From Candidatus Jordarchaeales archaeon (GTDB lineage: Archaea > Asgardarchaeota > Jordiarchaeia > Jordiarchaeales > Freyrarchaeaceae), in NCBI GenBank assembly GCA_038858525.1, contig JAWCFL010000033.1, positions 1 to 17,537 on the forward strand: a stretch of 17,537 bases of DNA. Direction: 5' to 3'. A program made the position numbers and the translations under genes. Below, piece after piece: positions 6,508 to 15,337 of this stretch. The notes beneath the pieces are model-generated. The model ran no database searches, had not been told where the DNA came from, and saw only the letters and a program-made list of their open reading frames with translations. Each line of letters starts with the position of its first letter. Positions within the stretch are counted from its first letter, which is position 1.

Positions 6508-7416
6508 ATGGAAGTATTCAGTGTTAGGGTTTTCCTCCCTCTTTTTCACGTTAGATACGAGGATGCTTGGGGGATTAGGTTGTCTCCGAGGTTGCCTCCT
6601 CCACGCACGATTCTTGGAGCGTTGGCTAAGGGTGTGGGGGTAGTACTGGGAGTGGAGGGGGGTGAGGTGCCAATTGGAGAGAAGCGGGCGCGTGAACTTC
6701 TCATGGATGCGGTGGAGTCTTGCTCTTACGGGTTTGTGAGGCCCTTATCCCCGCTGGTTAAGACGTCGCAGATTCTGCGTGTTGTGCCGGCGATCGAGCA
6801 AAAAAGGGTGACGTCTGACATTTTTAAGCTTAAAGGTGGAGGACTCGTTAATCAAGCCGCTAAGTTTCATGACGCCTTTAAGCATGACGTAGTGGTTTCC
6901 GGCGAGATGGAGTTTGTTTATGCTTTAAGCCTTGAGGAACTTAACGATGACATCGCTGGTAGCTTTGGCGGGGTTGGTCGGGAGGAGGTTCTTTCGGCTT
7001 TAAGGATGATTGACAGGGTTGGCTCGACAGAGTCACTGTGTGGGGTGTTGTCTGTTAAGCACGTAGGTTTGAAGGAGGTTGGTCCGAGGGCTACCGTCAA
7101 CACGTATGTTCCGGTAGAGGACCCTGCTAAGTGGGTGGAGCCGGTGCATGCTGCAACTCGGGGGTACCTTATTGAGCCACTATACCCTAACTTGCGCGTT
7201 GTAGGCATGAAAAGAGTTGAAGACGTGAAGTCTATGAAGATTAATTTTTTGCTTCCAATATACTGTAGCGAGGTGCGCAGGGGTAGGGAGGTGTTTGAGC
7301 CGACAGAGGTTTTAGTGGATTGCGTTAATGGTTATAGTGTGTATTCGTTGCATGGGACTGGTGATGGCGAGACTAGGATAGTTCTTCCTAGGGGGGAGCT
7401 TGATGGACTGGTATGA
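6508..7416 (+). CDS. cas5: Type I-A Cas5 (Cas5a)
   Basis: N-terminal RAMP motif LPPPRTILGALA, glycine loop DRVGSTES; 1 bp after cas7. Confidence 0.88.
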   Translation: MEVFSVRVFLPLFHVRYEDAWGIRLSPRLPPPRTILGALAKGVGVVLGVEGGEVPIGEKRARELLMDAVESCSYGFVRPLSPLVKTSQILRVVPAIEQKRVTSDIFKLKGGGLVNQAAKFHDAFKHDVVVSGEMEFVYALSLEELNDDIAGSFGGVGREEVLSALRMIDRVGSTESLCGVLSVKHVGLKEVGPRATVNTYVPVEDPAKWVEPVHAATRGYLIEPLYPNLRVVGMKRVEDVKSMKINFLLPIYCSEVRRGREVFEPTEVLVDCVNGYSVYSLHGTGDGETRIVLPRGELDGLV

Positions 7417-9343
7417 TGTTCTAAAGGAGGTTGCGAGGCATCAGGGGCGTAGGTTTGAGGAGAGGCCTCTGCAAAGGGAATTAGTTAATATTCTTCAGAG
7501 GCGCTTCGAGGAGGACGAGTTAACTGTTCCTCTTCTTATACGGCTCCCATGCGGCTACGGTAAGACTCAGGTGGGGGAGGCGCCCTTCTTGGGTGAAGCC
7601 TTTACAGGTGAGTGGATCACTAGAGGTATGGTTTACACGTTGCCGACCCGCTCGCTCACAGAGCAACAGGCGGAAAGAATCCGTGCGGACGTTGAGGCCC
7701 TGTGTAGGCTTAAGTCTCTCCCGAAGTTGTCCGTAAGCGAGCTTCACGGAGAGACTGGAACTTATTTTTTCTACGACGACGTGATCGTGTCAACCTTTGA
7801 TACGTTCATTTATGCGTATGCACGAAAGGTTCGCACGGGACATCACTTGGAGTTTCCCGCGGGAACAATATCCACGTCCTATGTTGTTTTCGATGAGGCG
7901 CACATGATTCAAGACGATTACCTGTATTCTCACTTAGTAATGAATAAAGTTCTCCGCGTGCTGTCGAAGGCCGGTGTCCCCACGATAGTAATGACAGCCA
8001 CTATGCCGGATCAGATCAAGAACGTTGTGTTTGATGGTGTGAGTTACGAGGAGTATCCTCCTATTAGCCATGTTTGCTCCTCACGGCTTGGGTCATATAG
8101 GGGGGAAGTAAGGGAGGTTCATCTGCACAGGGAAGATATCAAAGATTACATATGCAGAACCCTTTCCCCTGATGCTGCTGCTAATAAGCGTATTCTCGTC
8201 GTCTGTAACACCGTGAGTAAGGCTCAAGGTGTTTACCACGAGTTGGCCGGCAGGTTTTCAGGCGGCAGTGTTAGCGGGAGAGTCATCCTGCTACATTCTC
8301 GCTATGCAAAGATTGACAGGCAACGTTGGTCTAGCACCGCCATTAAGTTAATGAAAGGCATATGTGAAAGTTGTGAAGGGAAAATGGGGTTTCCAGTTTA
8401 TCTGTCGGAGGAAGAAGGAAGGGTTTACTGCGACCGCTGCGCTACTCCAAGCGCGGAACGGGTTGATTTCGTAATTCTTGTGGCTACTCAAGTCGTCGAG
8501 GCTGGACTCGACATATCTGCAGATTGGCTATTAACGGACATGGCCCCCCTAGATGCTCTCGTTCAGAGGGCTGGGAGATGCTCGCGTTTTCCAGGTGAAA
8601 GTAATGGTAGAATTGACGTTTTCTATTATGACAAAGTGCACTTGCCCTACCAGCAGAAGCTTGTTGAAAAGGCATACGAGATACTAGAAAATGAGGACGA
8701 CAAGGGTCGAATTCGCTCTTTGACTGATTTCACGTATTCATCAGCTATGATCAACAAGAACTACGATGTTTTTAGAAGGGAAGTTTTGGGCGAACACCGC
8801 CATTTAAGGTTATATTTAGGTTACCTTGAAGGGAACGGTTTTTCAACGTTTAGCGTTGACTGGGAGCTTCTAAGGCAAATCTCGGCGCGCCCGAACGCTT
8901 TTGTCACCCTGGTTGCTTTTTCAGAGGACGAAGATATTCCGGTATGCTTTCTGAAAGAAGAAGAGGCGGATTTACGTGTCCAAGGTAGGTATAGGAGTTA
9001 CCGCTGTGTTGCGCATAAATCCGTAAAGTATCACGAGCTGCTATCTCAAATGAGAGACGAAACCATCTGTATTAATAGGGACTTTGTGTTGTCTCACTCC
9101 TTCTCGCTGGAGCGTAATTATGCGATAAGTGACAATAAACCCAAACCATTCCTTCAACATGATCTCGACGGAAAAACCGTAATGGTGGAGTTGAAACCCG
9201 TAATAGTGGATGTGGAGGGGGGGCAGCGTAAACGCGAGTGCTACTACCTTGTCAGGGAAGCCTTTTCCGGGAGAGTCGACGAGAGCAACTACCTTGTTAA
9301 CACCAAGTTTTATGATGAGAAAAAGGGTCTCGAGGCGGGTTGA
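7403..9343 (+). CDS. cas3: Cas3' SF2 helicase (split Cas3)
   Basis: LPCGYGKT (Walker A), DEAH, MTAT, LLHSRY, VATQVVEAGLDIS, LVQRAGRCSR; no HD domain. Overlaps the cas5 stop; ATG 7403 or TTG 7400. Confidence 0.96.
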   Translation: MDWYDVLKEVARHQGRRFEERPLQRELVNILQRRFEEDELTVPLLIRLPCGYGKTQVGEAPFLGEAFTGEWITRGMVYTLPTRSLTEQQAERIRADVEALCRLKSLPKLSVSELHGETGTYFFYDDVIVSTFDTFIYAYARKVRTGHHLEFPAGTISTSYVVFDEAHMIQDDYLYSHLVMNKVLRVLSKAGVPTIVMTATMPDQIKNVVFDGVSYEEYPPISHVCSSRLGSYRGEVREVHLHREDIKDYICRTLSPDAAANKRILVVCNTVSKAQGVYHELAGRFSGGSVSGRVILLHSRYAKIDRQRWSSTAIKLMKGICESCEGKMGFPVYLSEEEGRVYCDRCATPSAERVDFVILVATQVVEAGLDISADWLLTDMAPLDALVQRAGRCSRFPGESNGRIDVFYYDKVHLPYQQKLVEKAYEILENEDDKGRIRSLTDFTYSSAMINKNYDVFRREVLGEHRHLRLYLGYLEGNGFSTFSVDWELLRQISARPNAFVTLVAFSEDEDIPVCFLKEEEADLRVQGRYRSYRCVAHKSVKYHELLSQMRDETICINRDFVLSHSFSLERNYAISDNKPKPFLQHDLDGKTVMVELKPVIVDVEGGQRKRECYYLVREAFSGRVDESNYLVNTKFYDEKKGLEAG

Positions 9344-9347
9344 ACAA

Positions 9348-10169
9348 ATGACAAGATGGAGATGCGAGATGGAAAATTGCCCGTTAAGGGGGGTTAGTAA
9401 AGTTTGCGGCGACGGAAAGGATGGACCAGTAGTAGTGTCCTATCATCCCAGCAATGGAAACAAAGAATGCTACGTTAGGCATTCGGTTCTATGCTGGGAA
9501 GAGTGGAAACGTGTGTTTGACAGATATATACGCTCCATTCACCGGGTTTTCAGGAAAACATTATTTATAAATGTGGACTTGAAAGTTATAGAAAATATTT
9601 GTGGAGTTGCGGTTCTCCATCATGACGTTGGAAAGTTGTGCGCAGATTACCAGTCTGCCAGATTTTATAGGCACGAGATGATAAGCTCGTTCCTAATTCA
9701 TGATTACGTTGTTGGGATGCTGAAAAATAGCTCCCTAGACGAGGAAAAGGCGGAGCTCCTTTCTTCAATAGTCTCGGCGGCGGTATACCTTCACCATGAA
9801 GGGCTCCAGATAAGTCATGAGTACTATGAGATGAGGGCGCCTACATATGGCTATCTGCTAAACCTGTTGGCGGGGAGAGAGTTCCGCATGGTCGAGTCTT
9901 GGATGCTGATATCTTCGGAGCTTGAAAAGTACGCCTTCGGCAGGACGCTTGGTTACTTCGCGAATGTAAGCTCGGTCAGCGGTTATGAGGTAACTAACGT
10001 GTTGGGCTCCGTCATAACGCTTGTGGATGGAGCCCCGGACCCGCTCCCGCTCCGCCTCGCCGTGGCTTCCATCCTTCACCCGATAACGATAACAGATAAC
10101 CTTGCATCGCAGAAGAGGGGAGGAAAACCAAGCTTGTTAAGCTCGTTTTTGGGGGTTACGGAGAGATGA
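9348..10169 (+). CDS. cas3'': Cas3'' HD nuclease (split Cas3)
   Basis: RHS...LHHDVGK...RHEMIS...LHHEGL HD-domain motifs. Start likely ATG 9348 or 9369 rather than the track's 9210, which overlaps cas3' by 134 bp. Confidence 0.9.
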   Translation: MTRWRCEMENCPLRGVSKVCGDGKDGPVVVSYHPSNGNKECYVRHSVLCWEEWKRVFDRYIRSIHRVFRKTLFINVDLKVIENICGVAVLHHDVGKLCADYQSARFYRHEMISSFLIHDYVVGMLKNSSLDEEKAELLSSIVSAAVYLHHEGLQISHEYYEMRAPTYGYLLNLLAGREFRMVESWMLISSELEKYAFGRTLGYFANVSSVSGYEVTNVLGSVITLVDGAPDPLPLRLAVASILHPITITDNLASQKRGGKPSLLSSFLGVTER

Positions 10170-11344
10170 GTAACGTTGTGAGTATTCCATCAACGAGAGA
10201 CCGAGTTCTTGATACGCTGCTCGTGTACGCGATCATGGACATTGGGTTAGAAGTGGACCCAGACATAAGGTTCAGGGTGACACTGGGACAAGAAAACTTC
10301 ATTACCGTGAATTATAGTAATTCGAACTTAGAAAGGGATATGCTTTCCAAACTGAAAGATAAGTCGAAAAGGTTCTCTATAGCTGACAGGATGAATTTCT
10401 TTTTGAACATGGGAAACACCTCTTGGAAAGTTGACAAGTGGGTGTGCACTTACTGCACCGGGAAAAATGATTGTAACCGTAATGGGGATTGCGGGAAAAC
10501 AAATATTTTGGCTTATGCCGTGCTTCACGGTTACATCAAATCTATGGGAAGTTTTTCTCTTCCGTGGAGTCCCAAATCCATAACGAAAGCAGGATCAAGG
10601 GGGAGGAGGTGTGCTACGCTGAGTGTTGGTGTTTCGCCGTACTGGTCGAAGGGGATAAGAAGGTGGGACATGGGGGAATGGAGGGAGGACTCGACCACCG
10701 TTGAGCATTCAGTTCTGCCATTTGCACTTTACGGATTAGGCAATTACACCATAAATGTGGTGACTGGGAACATGTTGATTCGGTTGATGTTTTCCCCACC
10801 TGTCGGTAGGGAGCTTTCTCATTTAGAAGCCATAAAGCTTCTAACGCTTGTGAGGCGAGTGGTCAACTCCATTTACATCGAAATGCAGAGATTTTTCCGA
10901 TTAGAGTTTCCTTCAATGGTCCTTCCGCTTTCCATGCTGTGCTTTCTAGATGTTCCAGCTATTTACATGTTGCATCAATTTTCTCCATCGATCCTCCTAA
11001 TTAGTTATGACTTATATAGGAATTCTCCGAAGAATCCACGCGGCTATGAAGAGTTGAGTTTGGCAGACGCATTGGAGTTTTACAGGCAGATAGGCGAATC
11101 ATTCTGGGACTTTAAAAAGATGATAATTGACCTGGTCAGCTTGGCGGAGAGGGAGGAATATAGGTCTCGGGTTTTTGATATACTTATAAAGTTGGCTTTA
11201 GGAATTAAGAACAAGGAGCCATCTTACTTTAACGATGCGCTTCTTAACATTCAATCGTTAAGGAAAGAAGTTAATGTTAAGTTTTTCGTTATAGGAAGAG
11301 AGGAGATGCTAGCTGCTCATAGGGCCCTAAGGACCTCTCATTGA
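10166..11344 (+). CDS. cas8a2: Type I-A large subunit Cas8a2 (Csa4-like)
   Basis: 392 aa, ATGA-coupled to cas3''; N-terminal P..D..LDTLLVY and SPYWSKG resemble Csa4-type motifs. The call rests mainly on operon position and size. Confidence 0.72.
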   Translation: MSNVVSIPSTRDRVLDTLLVYAIMDIGLEVDPDIRFRVTLGQENFITVNYSNSNLERDMLSKLKDKSKRFSIADRMNFFLNMGNTSWKVDKWVCTYCTGKNDCNRNGDCGKTNILAYAVLHGYIKSMGSFSLPWSPKSITKAGSRGRRCATLSVGVSPYWSKGIRRWDMGEWREDSTTVEHSVLPFALYGLGNYTINVVTGNMLIRLMFSPPVGRELSHLEAIKLLTLVRRVVNSIYIEMQRFFRLEFPSMVLPLSMLCFLDVPAIYMLHQFSPSILLISYDLYRNSPKNPRGYEELSLADALEFYRQIGESFWDFKKMIIDLVSLAEREEYRSRVFDILIKLALGIKNKEPSYFNDALLNIQSLRKEVNVKFFVIGREEMLAAHRALRTSH

Positions 11345-11453
11345 ACTTTCTACTTGGAGTTTTCGTTCAACACTGAACGTTCACATTAGGTAGTTGAATA
11401 GCTAGGAAAATTGTTTAATTGATGGTTTTTGCTTTTTACTTGAGGGATGAAGC

Positions 11454-12386
11454 GTGGGGATTATAAGTTCATTTACTCTAAATTTGGCGGTTGATGGCCC
11501 CATTACGTTTCAGGGGTTTTCAGGTTTTTCTGCTTTTAACTTATTTTACGAGTTAGTTCGCTCTATTGATCCGGGATTAGTTGAGGGGCTTCGTTCCTTT
11601 AGGGGGCCTGCACCGTGGGCTGCAACTCCTTTCATATCCGGGGAAAGCTCAAGAGTTATTTATCGGAAGCTTAATGTTCCATCAACTGTTAGCGTAACAT
11701 TCACTATGATGGATGAAGCGGTTTTGGATGCTTTTAGGAAAGCTATTCTATCTTCAAGACTTAAGCTGGAATTAGCTGGCGTTAAATTTAAGCTCCTCAG
11801 CATTACATTTAGTGTTTTAAGGTTTTCTGAGATAGCCTCTAGCGTGGACCCTCTTCCAACGAAGTTTGCCGTAGGTTTCATAACGCCGACAGCGTTTAGG
11901 CGCTCGGTCCACGACTGCTGCCCAACTTGCCCTCACTATGAAGCGTACTTGAGGAACCAGGAAAAGAAATTGACTGATAAACCATGCGAACACGTGATGC
12001 CTCATGGAAATACGCTAGTTCCTTTACCGCTTCCCTCACTAATGTTTCGGAACCTTGCAAGGATCTGGTCGTCTTTCTCGGACACGATGAAGGATGTTTG
12101 GAGCGCAGTTAAGTGGGCTGAAGAAGCTATTATCGTCACTGGTTTCCCTAGAGGAATAAGAACACGTAGGCTCTGCGAGGATGCCGCAACAAATAGGTGG
12201 ATAACAGGCTTCACGGGAAAAGTAAATTTTGCTGTTAAAGAAAATGCATACGACGAGAGGCATGCGAAAACGGTGGCAGCACTCTTAAGGATGGCGGAAC
12301 GTACTAATACAGGAGTGAGAAGAACTGCGGGATTAGGCATGATAAAATACTTTGAGCCTCTTGCCTCAGCAGAACATATTAAGTGA
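11454..12386 (+). CDS. cas6: Cas6 crRNA-processing endoribonuclease with a Cys/His-rich insertion
   Basis: F.TPTAFR, GF.GKV.F and the C-terminal Gly-rich loop TGVRRTAGLGMI; RBS GAGGGA 6 nt upstream of GTG. Confidence 0.92.
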   Translation: MGIISSFTLNLAVDGPITFQGFSGFSAFNLFYELVRSIDPGLVEGLRSFRGPAPWAATPFISGESSRVIYRKLNVPSTVSVTFTMMDEAVLDAFRKAILSSRLKLELAGVKFKLLSITFSVLRFSEIASSVDPLPTKFAVGFITPTAFRRSVHDCCPTCPHYEAYLRNQEKKLTDKPCEHVMPHGNTLVPLPLPSLMFRNLARIWSSFSDTMKDVWSAVKWAEEAIIVTGFPRGIRTRRLCEDAATNRWITGFTGKVNFAVKENAYDERHAKTVAALLRMAERTNTGVRRTAGLGMIKYFEPLASAEHIK

Positions 12387-12480
12387 GGAGTCTAAACAAT
12401 CGCGAATGTTTTATTACTACTGGTTAACTCCGAGCCGCCAAACAAATTTAAAGATCATCTTTTTTATGCTTTCCATTTGT

Positions 12481-12996
12481 TTATGCGTTCAGAGGAAAGA
12501 CTGGCCGGATTTTTTCGAGGACAAAGAGGTGGACCATTTCTTCCGGCTTGTCTTTCTCGACTAGGACCACTAGTTTTCCTTGGAGCGCTTTGGATGGTGT
12601 CCTGGGGGATGCTTTTTCATATTTAGTTAGTGCGAATTTGTGGCGTATTTCGTGGGGCACATTGTTTGGGTCGCTGGGTCTGAAGAGGCGTAGCTGGCCT
12701 TTCTCTATGTAGGATATTCCTAGTGGGTGGTAGTATTTTTGCGTGTCTTTGGATTCTTGGAAAACGTCGGTTTTTCTTTTTATTTGGTCGTGGAGCCAAG
12801 TGGTTTTTTCCGTTGATATAGGCTTAACGCTTGCTTTTCCCGTTTTCTCGGAGTATTGAACGTTAAACAGCCATTTTCCGCTAGTTTCATCTTCAACTTT
12901 GTAGGCATAGATGATCCCTTGTAGTAATTTTCGTAGTCCTAAGTCGTACCATTCGCCTTCTTGGCTTTTTAAGAGGATTATGTTTAACTTTTTCAT
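12481..12996 (-). CDS. Hypothetical protein, 171 aa, no family recognised
   Basis: ATG-started ORF with globular-looking composition, no competing long ORF, and a good BRE-TATA upstream. Confidence 0.65.
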   Translation of the reverse strand: MKKLNIILLKSQEGEWYDLGLRKLLQGIIYAYKVEDETSGKWLFNVQYSEKTGKASVKPISTEKTTWLHDQIKRKTDVFQESKDTQKYYHPLGISYIEKGQLRLFRPSDPNNVPHEIRHKFALTKYEKASPRTPSKALQGKLVVLVEKDKPEEMVHLFVLEKIRPVFPLNA

Positions 12997-13031
12997 AGAA
13001 TCACATCCAATAAGAATTGGATGCCGTATTT

Positions 13032-13047
13032 TATATAAAACTTTTAT
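13032..13047 (-). promoter_or_regulatory. BRE-TATA for the 171-aa gene
   Basis: The minus strand reads ATAAAAG-TTTTATATA, about 36 nt upstream of ATG 12996. Confidence 0.55.
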
Positions 13048-13586
13048 TTTAATAAATTTCCCATGATACTATTGTTGGGATGATAGATCATGTGAGAGGT
13101 GACGGGAAGCTGGTTAAAGGGTCGCTTGTTAAATGGGCAGAGATGCTTAAGAGGAAGTAGGGAAAGTTGATGAGTAAAACGATCTATAAGCATGGTTTCG
13201 CTCATTCTTATCAATATTCTGCGAGGATTTGGTGTCGATTTATTAGTTCTCCGATGATTTCTGTTTTTTGGATTTGTTGAAGATAAATTCGGACGCTATA
13301 AAGGGAAAAGTAGAGTTAAAGTGTTCTTAATTACCCTTTTTTAGTTTAGTTGTAGTGGAATGATAAAGGTTTCAAGTCGGAGATGAAAAAGAAAAAGGCG
13401 GCGTGATTTTTGTGGTTGAAATGCTTTTATTGATGAACTTTTATACAGTTAAGATGGTGAAATGTCTATAGTGGTGTTTGATGTTTTATTTCGGAGGGAC
13501 GGCTGCCTTTATGTGGAGTTGTGGTTGTTCTGTGTGGTTTGGGTTTTTGTTGCTGTTGCGAATGTTCTGTTTTGTGGGAGGTGTTT

Positions 13587-15074
13587 GTGTTGGATGTTTG
13601 GGTTGCTTCTGTTAGTGTTTCTTCTCCTGCGGTGTTTAATGGTTTGTGGTTTGTTGCTGAGCGGTATGGTTTTGTTCCTGATCGTGTTTACCTGCTTTGG
13701 AATGAGAGTGTTGTTGGTCAGCTTGAGGCGGTTAGGAGGGCTATAGGGTTTTTGGGGGAGACTTATGGTAGGAGGGTTGAGGTTGTTGCTGATGAGAGTG
13801 TTAGGGTGTATGAGGAGGATATTGATGGCTTCAGGAGGAAGGTTGGCGAGCTTTTGAAGTCTCTTGGTGGTGTGGGGAGGGTTGTGGTTGATATTACTCC
13901 TGGGCGGAAGTTCATGTCTTCTTTGATGCTTGCCGCTGGGATGGAGCATGCTGACCACGTGGTTTACCTTTTTCTTAGGGATTTGGGCTACGCTGACAGT
14001 TACCTGTTTCACATACCGTTTTCGCTTCAGAAGCTGGTTGATTTGAGGGCGCTGTTTAAGGGGGGCGCTCCTCTTTCGGGTGAGCGGGTGAAGGGTGAGC
14101 GGGTGACGGTGAAGGTTTGTAGGAGGGATCTTATGGTTTTTTTGAACTCACTTTATCTTGACGGGCGGCTTGTTCATGATGTTAGGTTAGGGGGGGTCAA
14201 GTTGGGGAGGTTTACCCTTAAGCTTGAGGGGAATGAGGTGTCCTTCAACGTTGAGTGTAATGATTTTTGCGACGAGACTCATGGGGATTTTTCGTTGGTG
14301 AGGGAGGTTATCTTAGCGTCGGGCATGGCTCGCTTCTCAAACGAGGAGGAAGCGTTTGGAGAGGTGCTAAACGAGATTAAGCGCAGCAGTAGGACTGTTT
14401 ACGTTGGCTTCGACACCAACTCCCTTGTTTTTAGGGTGCCATCGAGGTTTCTGGAATACGTGAGAAGGGCGTATGCTGGAATGAGGGAGAGGGAGCCAAG
14501 CATTAACTTTGTTATCTCTGGAGAGGTGATTAACGAGGTTTCACGTAACGTGAACCAGAAGTTGCCCGTCGACCCTAAACTTGGAGACTACTCGAACCAG
14601 CTGACACCCAGGGCTAGGCTTTTCATGGTGGCGCAGGGTGAGAGACGATTGCTGGATGATCGCAACTCGGAGGTTGTTGAGGCAGGAGGCGACGCTAGGG
14701 GAGATGAAAAGATAGCCTTGGAGTACAAGGAGTTCGCCTCCAAGAAGGGAAATGTGGTGGTGTTCACTACGGACAGTGCGGCCTACATGGCCATGGATAG
14801 CTTCAGAAGGCAGGGATTGATACCCGTCAAGCTTAATCTCCCAAGTATGCAGGGCCCATTCAGGGGGAGGTGGGAGGACGCGAGAGACTTGCTATATTAC
14901 CTGTCGGTTGTTCTTGGAGAGATCAATGTTTCTCCTTATAGGTTTAGGGGTGTGTGGAGGGGTAAGAGCCCGGATGACTGGAGGCGTGAGCTGGTGGAGC
15001 TTTCCAACTTCGAGTATTCCCGTATCCTGGAGTTGTCTAGCAAGTTGCTGGCTGAGAAGGGAAGCCGTGGCTGA
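13587..15074 (+). CDS. CARF-PIN fusion protein (putative cyclic-oligoadenylate-responsive ribonuclease)
   Basis: N-terminal CARF: WVASVSVSSPAVFN...PDRVYLL and DITPGRKFMS (13890-13919). C-terminal PIN: VGFDTNSL (D at 14412), NEV, GDEKI, TTDS acidic tetrad. RBS GGAGGTG at 13577-13583 points to a start at GTG 13587 or TTG 13590 (~495 aa). Confidence 0.85.
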   Translation: MLDVWVASVSVSSPAVFNGLWFVAERYGFVPDRVYLLWNESVVGQLEAVRRAIGFLGETYGRRVEVVADESVRVYEEDIDGFRRKVGELLKSLGGVGRVVVDITPGRKFMSSLMLAAGMEHADHVVYLFLRDLGYADSYLFHIPFSLQKLVDLRALFKGGAPLSGERVKGERVTVKVCRRDLMVFLNSLYLDGRLVHDVRLGGVKLGRFTLKLEGNEVSFNVECNDFCDETHGDFSLVREVILASGMARFSNEEEAFGEVLNEIKRSSRTVYVGFDTNSLVFRVPSRFLEYVRRAYAGMREREPSINFVISGEVINEVSRNVNQKLPVDPKLGDYSNQLTPRARLFMVAQGERRLLDDRNSEVVEAGGDARGDEKIALEYKEFASKKGNVVVFTTDSAAYMAMDSFRRQGLIPVKLNLPSMQGPFRGRWEDARDLLYYLSVVLGEINVSPYRFRGVWRGKSPDDWRRELVELSNFEYSRILELSSKLLAEKGSRG

Positions 15075-15089
15075 AGGGATTATTTGAGC

Positions 15090-15337
15090 TGTTCATATTT
15101 TTAAGAGCCCTAATACACGCGCTCACTTTTCCTGCCTGCTTGTCTGTTCCTTCGAGAAGAAAGAGGAGTTCTCCTTCATCTCCTTAATGGAGGAGGATAG
15201 CAAATTAAAATTTATCTATTCTGGAACTGCTGAGGAAAGTAATCGTCATGTCTTTCAATTTCTATGTTTGAGGAGTTTTTGCTTGGCTCCTCTCTGCTCA
15301 GGAGTTCGATTAGGTAGTGTAGTTGTATTCCTCTCAC
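15090..15337 (-). pseudogene. Possible heavily decayed VapC-like (PIN) toxin remnant
   Basis: GTGA overlap with the antitoxin stop at 15337-15334; fragments NTT/YLIELL (like DTxYLIxLL) and DKQAGKVSACIRALK lie in different frames with stops. Weak. Confidence 0.3.

Noticed and set aside
9210-9347. Extended ORF-track starts for cas3'' (9210), also CARF-PIN (13521), csa5 (5129) and cas2 (4192)
   Set aside because: Long overlaps or low-complexity extensions without an RBS; downstream starts have better RBS spacing.
13369-13376. GTTTCAAG identical to the first 8 nt of repeat A in the intergenic region
   Set aside because: Only 8 nt with no continuation; not a mini-array or anti-repeat.
13872-13886. 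Partial match of array B spacer 1579-1618 (GTGGGGAGGGGTGTG) to the CARF gene (14/15 nt), suggesting self-targeting
   Set aside because: Identity collapses outside the core (about 20/28) and both sequences are G/T low-complexity, so this is expected by chance.
13462-14012. ORFs 13462..13746(+) and 13509..14012(-)
   Set aside because: They overlap the CARF domain in other frames and have biased composition. 13462 does have a GGTGA RBS and a TATA-like motif upstream, but no recognisable product.
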